Assembly: GCF_006345805.1 (NCBI RefSeq)
Contig: NC_043000.1
Coordinates: 28,458,001 to 28,522,000 of the forward strand
Source of the DNA: Octopus sinensis
Taxonomy: Eukaryota
Direction: 5' to 3'
Length of the DNA: 64,000 nt
Under the pieces are notes generated by a model, which was not told the DNA's origin, made no database searches, and was given only the letters and a program-made list of their open reading frames with translations. A program made the position numbers and the translations under genes. Below are positions 54,230 to 64,000 of this stretch, piece after piece. Each line of letters starts with the position of its first letter. Position 1 is the first letter of the stretch.

Positions 54230-55030
54230 TTTATTAGTTTCAGTCATTTGACTGCGGGCATACTGGAGCACCGACTTTAGTCGAACAAATCGACCCCAGG
54301 ACTTATTCTTTGTAAGCCTAGTACTTATACTATCAGTTTATTTGGTGAATTGCTAAGTTACGAGGACGTAAACACACCAGCATCGCTTGTCAAGCGAAGG
54401 TGTAGGACAAACACAGACACACGCACACATAAAGTTATACAGTCTAGCTTCATCGTAAAGCAGTTGATGCTTAATCACAGAGATGTGAGTTCGAGTCTCA
54501 TGGATGGCTGCCGACAGATTTTTCTGCAAAATATGAATAATGTATCCTGTTCATGCTATATTATTAGCATTATATGTTTGAGAATAAAATTATTTCCTTA
54601 TCTGTATCTTTCAATACATCTCAACGCTTCTAAAGCAAACTTTGTTGACTTTCAAGTTGAATTTAACGTACGATAGCGTCTTATAGAGATTTATATATCC
54701 TAAAATTGCAGAAGAATTTGTCGCTGAGCAGTTTAGTTTAATAGTAAAGCACTTAACGCGTAAACATAGAGATCTGAGTTCCAGTCTCATGGCTGGCCGC
54801 CAACAGATTTTTCTGCAAAATAAGGATAGCATATTATTCGCATTATCCCGCGTTTGACAATAAAATTATTTACTTATCTGTATCTTATATGTATATATAT
54901 ATACGACAGGTTCTTTTACTATCCGTCTACCAATCCACTGATAAGGCTTTGGTCGGCCCGAGGCTATAGTAAAAGACTCTTGCCCAAGGTGCCACGCAGG
55001 GGACTGAACCCGGAACTATGTGGTTAGGAA
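54230..55030 (-). mobile_element. SINE family B split by an insertion in its linker
   Basis: 3' half at 54230-54430, head at 54903-55030. Confidence 0.7.
54440..54886 (+). repeat. Two diverged tandem units with tRNA-like heads (tRNA pseudogene or SINE)
   Basis: A-box-like TAGCTTCATCGT / TAGTTTAATAGT and B-box-like GAGTTCGAGTC / GAGTTCCAGTC; shared downstream acagatttttctgcaaaata...ttatctgtatctt. Confidence 0.55.
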
Positions 55031-56105
55031 AGAAGCTTCTTACAACACCGTCACAGATTATCTGTAGAAATTAAAGAAAACACTGTTTTGTTACGACATT
55101 TCGTATATGAATACGTTTAATATAAATAGTGCGGTCGAGGATAGAAAAAAACTTATTCCGTCTAATGACTGCTCAATAATAAATATATTGTTTAAAATAT
55201 TGTATCCCAGCTACAAAAAAAATCTGTCCCATGATCAGCATCTTAAGCTACACTTTTAGGTAGCAGGGAGTAATCTCTCTGCTACAATAAACATTTATCC
55301 CCCAACTTTTCTAATGATTTTGGTTACTTAATTCTCTGCTTATGGCCTAAGGCAGATAATCATCATCATCATCGACCCCTGGACAATATTGTCTCGAGTC
55401 CTGGAATGCATGGGGCCTGTTGACCGGTTTTCAAGGCATCTAAGTAACCAAGATAGCAAAAACACCTCTGAAGGGGATGCCAGTCGGTGGCGGTGTTAAC
55501 CATTCACAGCTGTGCGCAACGTGCCAACGTGAAACGTTATTTGCCCGAGAACACAATGAACTGCTTGGTTTGAGATTCGAAAACTCTATCGCAAAATGGT
55601 CAATGCAACATCCTAACCACAAGGCCACGCGAGCCGAAATTGCTGCATACCACTAGTTGGACCACTAGACATATGACGAGAAGACAAATCTAATTGTGCA
55701 TTTGCAATTTTGAATAGCCTGGCACGAGAATTTAAGGCGTGTTTATATTCACTCGGAATATTGTCTTTAAATGTGACAACTGATAGATAAAAACCTTATG
55801 CTTTATTAAAGAGAATCATAGGTTGTTTCAGTACAAAGAGGTTTCCAGTTATGCACTGTCTAGAGCTATGTATTCGGTTGGAATATGGAGAGGCTTTATC
55901 AATGATATTTCAACTTACAGAGGTAATCGGGTGCTTCCTTTATTGCTGAGTTTCACGGTAAATTAAGTTGAGAGATATATTTGCCAGCATAACGAGGCGA
56001 TGTGTGCATTCATATATTCCTATTAGAAAGTCGATTGTCTTCAGTCATTTCACTCTTACCAATCTATCAATATATATATAATATATATATATATATTATA
56101 TATAT

Positions 56106-56147
<42 letters not shown>

Positions 56148-56235
56148 TATATATGTATGAATGCTTATAAAATTTGTGCATGCGTGCGTGAAGAGATTGT
56201 GTGCGTATTGTGGGATACATGCATGGAATATATAT

Positions 56236-56333
<98 letters not shown>

Positions 56334-57864
56334 TGTGTGAGATGCCTGCCAATAAATAAATCACAAAAGTAAACAATCGGTTTTACCTGATAAGTATTGT
56401 GTAATATTTTATTTGAAATGGGAGGAGGTCATCCCGAAATAGTATTCGATTAATTAACAGCCGATGTAAAGCGGTAGGCATGCGTTCATGTGTGTTAGTG
56501 TGTGTGTGTGTGTATCGATACATGTATCGATACATATGTGTGTGTGCATCGATAAATAGGTGTGTGTGTGTGTGTGTCTATGTGTCTGTATGTGTGCTTG
56601 CATGTATATATAGTGATGTTGGCTTGGCAGATTCGTTTGAGCTTCAGAAAAAATGCGTTGCTGGGTTTTGAGTAGGTTTCGATTTCGATGCCTGTTGTCG
56701 TTAACTTTGTTTTTGTTGCTTTGAAACAATAATAAAATACACGTTATGTACTGGGGTATATAGTATGGACTTTAACTGCTTGCATTGTGTCTAAATTGGA
56801 AAGAATACATCAGTATTTTTGCTTATGTGCATTTGTGTATTAAGATTTATACGTTTATGCGCATACCTACAAAATATACGTGTACATGCTTGTACGTGTG
56901 TATGCGATTGTGTATACATGCACATATAAATATATACACATATTTACGTTTACACACTTGCATATATATATATATATATAAATATATACACACACATATA
57001 TATATATATATACATATATATATGTATATATACATATACATATACATATTCTACCTACATACACACAAACGCATATATAAGTATATGTATATATATATAT
57101 TCTACATATATGTATGTATGTGTACACATTTATACATATATTCATTATTAATGTATTGCGTTTCATAAAAACTACTAAAACATCGTGGGGAGTTTATATA
57201 TATGTGTATATGTGTATGCGTTCGTGTGCATGCGTGTGCGTGTGTTTGTACGTGTGTATGTGTGTGTCTATGTGTGTCTGTCTTATGATATGCTGATGTG
57301 TTTTCAACAACAAATTCAAAGACAGTCTAAATGTCAGAATTATAGCAAACATTTAGAAAAAAATAAAATGAACGAAAATGTTTTTTATTGCCAACAATTT
57401 CCTCAACAAAGAACTTCTAAATACTTCCTAATTACATCTCTAATAATCCAGTACTGTTAATTGTGGTCTTTCTGTCGCCATTCCTGTTGTGTCGGATAAA
57501 CAGTAGCCAATCGTTAGATAAGGAGAGACAATAAATATATACAGCTTTAATGAAACTGAGGATAGAAGTAGCGACGGGAGACATAGAGCTCTCGTGGTGT
57601 TGGTGATAGCGTTATGATGATGCTTGTAACGTTGGTGTCTGGTGATGTTTGGAATGAAGTTGGTAGCATATTGATGACATCATCATCTAAATTGATATCG
57701 AAAGCAAATGCATCATATTGTTAATATGTGTGATTATAATGATGAGCATAATGATGTATTTTGTTTTTGTTTTTGGTATTACTGAATATGTTTTTTACAT
57801 CTTATACGAATAAATTCGTGCCGATGTAGATATAAATATGCATTACTCATAAGTATATCTACGC

Positions 57865-57897
<33 letters not shown>

Positions 57898-57902
<5 letters not shown>

Positions 57903-58296
57903 CAATATAAGGAATGGCCATATAGGACACTCGACACACTAGAAAGAGCAGCCAAAACTCATACCGCTAAATAGTGTAATTCTGAAATAGAAAGAGAAAG
58001 AAGAAAAACGTTTACCCTTTCATCTCTGGACTATGCATAGTTTCGGCAAAACGTTGGCAAATGAATTAATTAAATTAAATCAAATTCATTTACATCTGGC
58101 GTGCCTTGTCAGCAGAGAGCCTAGGGCGAGTATATGTCCACGAGGCTATGGTAAAGAAGCCTCCAGTCCATATGCTCTAAATTTTCAAATCTTACCGCAA
58201 TCGCGCGGTCTTCTCAGCAGCAAATATAAACTGCTGATTTAATTTCAAAATTAGCCAAAAAATCATTAATTAATAAATATAAGGGTAGCAAAAAAT
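57898..58296 (-). mobile_element. Divergent monomer of the 490-bp hammerhead repeat family, flanked by (TA)n
   Basis: Colinear similarity to the 15-17 kb unit (aaggaatggccatataggacactc...ctagaaagagcagccaaaa versus aaggaacggccataataggccattc...ctagaaataacagccaaaa). Confidence 0.75.
58023..58118 (-). ncRNA. Type I hammerhead ribozyme, probably inactivated (G8 to A)
   Basis: UCUCUG-CUGACAA-GGCA...UGCC-GAAA-CUA(UGCA)UAG-UC/CAGAGA; GUC site between 58029 and 58028. Confidence 0.7.
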
Positions 58297-58326
58297 TATA
58301 TTATTATATATATATATATATATATA

Positions 58327-58578
58327 TACAAGGCTCTATGCTTGGAATGACCAAATATAACTACCATTGGAACTCCTACACAAGATGTCTCTCCTTTTTT
58401 CTCTCCTTTTTTTCCTCTCCTTTTTTCTCTCCTTGTTTTTTCTGTGTCCCTTTCTGTAGAAGAGCGTAGGCTCGAAACGTAAAAGACTTTTTCTATTCCT
58501 GAGCGTTATACTAATACATCTGTTTGTTTTGTACACCACCTGTCTTTGTCTTTTGTTTTTTTTTTCGTAAACTCTCCC

Positions 58579-58621
<43 letters not shown>

Positions 58622-58948
58622 ATAGAATGAGATAAAAAAATCCAAGGATGTAAATAGTTTTCAGAACATTTATGAAGAAAAGGTCTTAGAGCTGTTTCCG
58701 GGCTATTTTATATATCCCTTCAACAGAGACATTGCGAGAAAATGTTTGAGTATTAATTATCGTAGAGAAGATATGAAATACAGAGGGAAGTAAGAGAATG
58801 AAAATAAAAAATTAGATACATAAGGATATTGTATGTGCAGTTCCATTATTGAAGTAGAATGGTGTATATAAGTGAAGAAGTTTCCTGTATCATGTGTGTG
58901 AGTTCTAATGGCAGTTATATTTGGTCATTCCAAGCATAGAGCCTTGTA
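58327..58948. mobile_element. Convergent pair of Penelope-like 3' fragments sharing a 49-bp inverted repeat, each with a variant hammerhead motif
   Basis: 58327-58375 versus 58900-58948 is 47/49 identical as an inverted repeat; hammerhead-like motifs at 58450-58485 (+) and 58683-58730 (-). Confidence 0.55.
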
Positions 58949-59065
58949 AACGGTGTGGTTCGATCGAGGGGTTTTTTTGGTCTGAATAAAATTTGGGAAT
59001 GTGTTTGCAATATTAATGGATAGATGGAAGGAGAAGAGATGTGTATGATTAGAAAGAGGAGGTAG

Positions 59066-59165
59066 NNNNNNNNNNNNNNNNNNNNNNNNNNNNNNNNNNN
59101 NNNNNNNNNNNNNNNNNNNNNNNNNNNNNNNNNNNNNNNNNNNNNNNNNNNNNNNNNNNNNNNNN
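59066..59165. other. Assembly gap (100 N)
   Basis: Run of N. Confidence 0.99.
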
Positions 59166-59959
59166 TATATATATATATATATATATATTATATCTATATA
59201 TTATACGCACGTACGTACGTATGTATGTATGTATATATGTACGTACGTACATATGTTATGTATGGTATGGATGCATGTATGTTTGTATTGTGTATTTATG
59301 ATTGTACGTATTTATGATTGTACATATGTGCGGACATTAAATGAAAGTTGAACAGAAGACAATGAAAGAATGTCCTAACATTTTTATGTATTATTCATGA
59401 ATGCCATTTCCACTAGATATCCCTGAAGCGTTGTTTAGATAAATTAAATGACCGATCTCATTGAAAACATAAAGAATTAGTACAATTCCACATCATGTCG
59501 GTTGTAAATACTATTAATGACACAGAAATAGGAGTATTAATGCATCAAACCATTTCATGGTGCTATATCCTTTACTGCAATATGCCCAAGACCCACACAT
59601 TTACAGGAAGATAGATGTATGTTGATGACTGCATCGACCCATGTACTCGACACCTATTTATTTTATGGAGCCTGTTCGACGGAACGTGGTGTTGAATGCA
59701 ATGGATGTGGACAAAAGTTACCCTATACCGTAAATAGAAACGACATTTTGTACATCACTCGAATGTTTCTATCAACCACCTTTTGAAGTTATATACGATT
59801 GCGATCTCGTCAGTCAATCTGAAACGGGCGTGTAATCTCTTGTATCTGCATTACACTCAGCTTGTCATGACTTTGGCTTGGCAATTAACTTGAAAAACAA
59901 AAAAAGTTATAAGGTATCAATCTGCATGTGGTACTGTTTGCATGACTCCTAAAAGATTC

Positions 59960-60620
59960 GTTAGGGGTAAGTTACTTGAAGTTGTTGACTTTCATCTACC
60001 TCGGAATCTCTGTACAAAATCTTGGAAGTCTGGCCAAAGAAATACATCTGCGAATTGAAAGGACAGTCCAAGGTGTGGTGGTTTGGAGTCACGCGTCTGG
60101 CGCCAACGACAAATAAATAACAACACAAAATTGGCTCTTTACAAATCGTTCGTCTTACCATTCCTGTTGCATTCTTCTGACACATAGACTTATTATGCAA
60201 GACATCTCAAATAGTTAGAACGATTCCACCAAAAAATTCCTTCGCCGCATTTTAAACAATAAATGGTGCATTTCTTAGTCTTTGTATCTGCAGGCATTAC
60301 CTCAATTAAATCAATGATTGTGAAAATTCAAATGAGATGGTCTGGTCATATTGTTCAAATAGTGGATGAACACACACACAAACAACTGTTTTATGGCGAA
60401 CTTGCAGAGAGGAAACGCAAACGGTGTAAACCTAAAAAGAGGTTTCAGGAGGGCATAAGGACTACCATGAAGTCATTTGGAATGGATCCAAAGGCCATAG
60501 AAATCCTTGGCGATCTTTTTGTGTGCACAGTCTGTGACAGACCATGGCTTTCTTTTGATGGGCTTAAATCCCATTTGCAGACCCATAGAAAACGAACCCC
60601 ACTAACTACTCCGCTTATAC
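59960..60620 (+). mobile_element. Degenerate RTE-clade LINE 3' fragment with C-terminal C2H2 finger
   Basis: FIYLG, TKLALYKSFVLP, LERFHQKFLRRIL, MRWSGHI, KQLFYGEL and CTVCDRPWLSFDGLKSHLQTH. Confidence 0.8.
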
Positions 60621-60788
60621 ATCGGTGCACACTTTTCAATGCCATGTATGCCATAAGGTCTGAAAATTTAACGGAGGCCTCAAAAGATATTTTCAGATCC
60701 ACAAAGATCAGAACTTAACTGCAGCTTATGGTGATCCAAATGAGATACGCAATCTATGTGGGGTTTTTTCAATATATTATCGGGTTTA

Positions 60789-60922
60789 AGGCGGCAAGCT
60801 GGCAGAAACGTTAGCACGCCGGGCAAAATGCTTAGCGGTATTTCGTCTGTCTTTACGTTCTTAGTTGAAATTCCGCCGAGGTTGACTTTGCCTTTCATCC
60901 TTTCGGGGTCGATAAATTAAGA
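60789..60922 (+). mobile_element. SINE family A, 3'-truncated
   Basis: Head plus central domain. Confidence 0.85.
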
Positions 60923-60929
60923 ACTCGTA

Positions 60930-60971
<42 letters not shown>

Positions 60972-60975
60972 TATA

Positions 60976-61630
60976 CGAGTTCTGGTCAACAAGTATCCGG
61001 ACAGTTGTAATAGTAACGAAGACGCTTGGCAAAGATTTACCTTGAACTTTGCTGTACTTGGAAGGAAGGTGTGTAGCGTGTGATCATGGTATTGACCATG
61101 ACAGACAAAGTTGTCATGGCAATGGTGCAGAAAGTGTATGGAAAGGGTGTATGAGCTGCACACAGGTGTGCGAATGGTTCAGACGTTTCCAAGATGGCCG
61201 AAGAAATGTCGATATTGACGAAAGTTTTTAGAGACCAGCAACCAACAGAACTGGGAATAAACATCACAGATGTGCGTACCGCTGCGAGGGGAAATCGTCG
61301 AATCACCATCCATGAATTATCAGAGGATGTGCTGATTAGTTACGGTTCAGTTCAGTCTGCCAAGTTTGTGCCAAAACTGTTTTCAGCTGACTAAAAACAA
61401 ATCCGAGTTTCAATGGCAGATTTCCTTGTGCTTGTGTCGAGAACGATGAGAACTTTTTGAAAACTTTTCCAAGACATCTGAGCAAGTATTGCCAAGCTTC
61501 TGGCAAAATTTGATGCAGAATCTCTGCTCAACTTTGTCATGGTCAATGCGACGATCACATGCTGCACGCCTTCCTTCCAAGGACTGCTGTAAACAGCACA
61601 GCACAGCCCAAGGTTAATCTGTGCCAAACA
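60976..61630. mobile_element. Mariner-derived element built from two oppositely oriented 5' regions
   Basis: + arm has VCEWFRRFQDGR, RRITIHELSE and AKFVPKL; - arm has EQRFCIKFCQKLG; ttggaaggaagg...gtgatc...attgaccatgaca is present in both orientations; TA at 60974-75. Confidence 0.6.
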
Positions 61631-61653
61631 GGTTATAAATATGTATATATATA

Positions 61654-61699
<46 letters not shown>

Positions 61700-61705
<6 letters not shown>

Positions 61706-62250
61706 CGAATAATACTGCCCCCTGTGAACTCCCCATACAAAACAAATCAACTCGAAAATTGAATCTTTCACTAAAAGAATTACGGGCATGACTGATCTCG
61801 ATTACTGGGACCACCTTAACGCATAGAAACTCTACCCTCTCCAGCGACGCCACGAGCGATACATCATTTTCACTTTGTGGAGAATGCACCGCCAGCATTG
61901 CCCAAACGACCTCAACATTAGCTTCAAAATTCATCCAAGTATAGGACCGCGGGCCATACGTCCTCTGCCCAATTCAGGATCGCAACACATAAATAGGCTG
62001 CAATACAATTTCTTTTCCTCAACAGGCTCTGCCTGATTTAACATTGTCACGAAGCAGATCAAAGAGGAAAATGATCCCATGATATTTAAACGGAATCTGG
62101 ACAAATTTTGTTCAAGGAATACCAGATAAGCCACCTATACCTGGATACAACTCAGTCAACAAGAACTCACTACCTGATTTAAAAAGGATTTAAATTATTC
62201 TATCAGGTGGTGCTATTAAGTTAGATATGGTCTGGACCAATCTTTCGTAG
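61700..62250 (+). mobile_element. CR1-like LINE 3' fragment
   Basis: LDYWDHL, KLYPLQRRHERY, FKRNLDKF and IPDKPPIPGY frames. Confidence 0.75.
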
Positions 62251-62427
62251 AAACACATCTAAGTTTTATTTAAGTTTTATACATACAGTTCGCGTCTAAA
62301 TTAACGTACAACTCGAAATCATAAAACGTAAATCAATGAAAACTTTTAAACAGTTAAATCAAAGGAAATTAAAATAAAGACCCTGAAAAAATTGCACCGG
62401 TATTATCCTAAGGTCGACATTGCAATG

Positions 62428-62488
<61 letters not shown>

Positions 62489-63149
62489 ATATATATATAT
62501 ATATATGTATATATATTATGTATATATGATATAAGTATATCTATATAATTATGCGTGTGTGGTGTGTGTGTGTTAAACACATCTCCACTTGATTAGTTAT
62601 AATGAGTAGTACAACCAAATGGTTAATTAGTTATTTTGAAAATGTATTAGGTCATTTAGAGCTGAATCATTAGTCTACATGTTAAATAGAGAACAGAGTT
62701 TAATGCCACAGAGTATTCACATAAACACACGTGCTCACGCAATATTTTCCGTGGTCGGAGTAGCCGACATCTCAATTATAGATTCAATTGTGTTTTATCC
62801 TATTTATTTGATAACACACATTCAGTATATGCATATATATATGTAGGCATAATGCACATAACCACATATTTGTACAAAATTCTCGAAACAGTTGTAAAGT
62901 CCTGCCTTGAATTCGCTATTGTCTTCTGAATGATTTTCGCGTATAAAATCTTTTGATGCCAACAATTTCATGCAGACTAGCTTCCTGCCTAGTTGGTTTT
63001 TGTATATATATTTTTTATAACTTAATAAATGCCATAAATAACTGCCTGCCCATATATATATCTTTGTCTCTATATACATATGTGTGTGCGAGCATGCGTG
63101 TGAATGTGTGTGTGTGTGTATGTGTGCGTGTGTGTGTGTATTTTCTTTA

Positions 63150-63720
63150 TCGAAATCTACCTCCTACGTGACCTCGACAGCTGCGATGGTGGCGTTTTAC
63201 TTCGCTGCGCCGATAACTCGAAGCCAAATAAAAGCATTGCAGGTGAATGTCCTACAAACCCGGCAGCCAACTTCAATTGCTTCTCATCTATGTATAAATA
63301 CATGAGTGTATTTCTGTAGATATATGTATGTGTTTGTTTGCACATGTGTGCGTGTGTGTGTATTTTCCAAGATAATTCCCACAGACACCCTGGACTGCGT
63401 TAATAACGATATTTCTGTTGTTTCAGAGTGTTTCATGTCATTCAACATTGGGACCCCACCGCCCAGTTGACCCTACTGGTCTGTAGCCTTTGTCGAAAGC
63501 CACCTCGTGGCCTTCTCGGCAGATGCGATGGTGGACTGTATGGCCGTTTACTGCGCTGCACCAATAACTCCAAGCCAAATAAGAGCTTTACAGGCAGGTG
63601 AATGTCCTACAAACCCGGCCGCCTACTGCAATTGCTTCACATCTATGTATAAATACATGTGCATATGTATGTATGTATTTCTGTAGATATATGTATGTGT
63701 TTGTGTGTGTGTGTGTATGT
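63150..63720. repeat. Diverged tandem duplication (two ~190-bp units, ~350-bp period)
   Basis: tgcgatggtgg...aagccaaataa...gcaggtgaatgtcctacaaacccggc...catctatgtataaatacatg occurs twice. Confidence 0.85.
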
Positions 63721-64000
63721 GTGTGTGTTTGTGCATGCGTGAGTGCGTGTGTATGTAGCATTATTAGTTTTATGTTGGAAAGACATGAAAGAGTTCGTTG
63801 CCGCTTTGAAGTCGAAGTGTTTCGAATCCAATAGATGTTTGTGATATTAAAGTAAACAGGATTACATCTATGCGGCTAAAACAGGATTACATCCATGCGT
63901 CTAAAATGTTGGCACAATCGAAATTATCAATGAAATCCTCGACGGACTCTGCACGTATGACGACTGATTATATATCTTATTTATCTTTTACTTGCTCCAG

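Overview
Eukaryotic, AT-rich, microsatellite-saturated non-coding DNA. The repeat families look like those of Octopus (cephalopod mollusc); this is my recognition of the SINE families, not a database result. I found no convincing host protein-coding gene, rRNA, true tRNA or CRISPR array, and almost all listed ORFs are microsatellite read-through or transposon debris. Contents: Tx1/L1-like, CR1-like, RTE-like and R4/Dong-like non-LTR retrotransposon fragments; several Tc1/mariner elements; two Helitron/Lep1-like non-autonomous elements; many tRNA-derived SINEs; MITE-like inverted repeats; one 100-N gap. The standout is a ~1.8 kb insertion (15071-16877) made of ~3.7 tandem copies of a highly structured ~490-bp unit. 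Each full unit carries a type I hammerhead ribozyme, the array has a twin-priming-like inversion, and it has a 17-bp candidate target-site duplication. A divergent monomer of the same family at ~57.9-58.3 kb shows compensatory changes in every ribozyme helix, so this is a candidate cephalopod retrozyme / ribozyme-circRNA system. Also notable: a second dispersed family with minimal Penelope-type hammerheads, a Tx1-like LINE embedded in (GATA)n, a Dong-like LINE in (TAA)n, and a SINE-LINE shared 3' stem-loop with covariation. Coordinates were counted by hand and may be off by a few bases at element edges.
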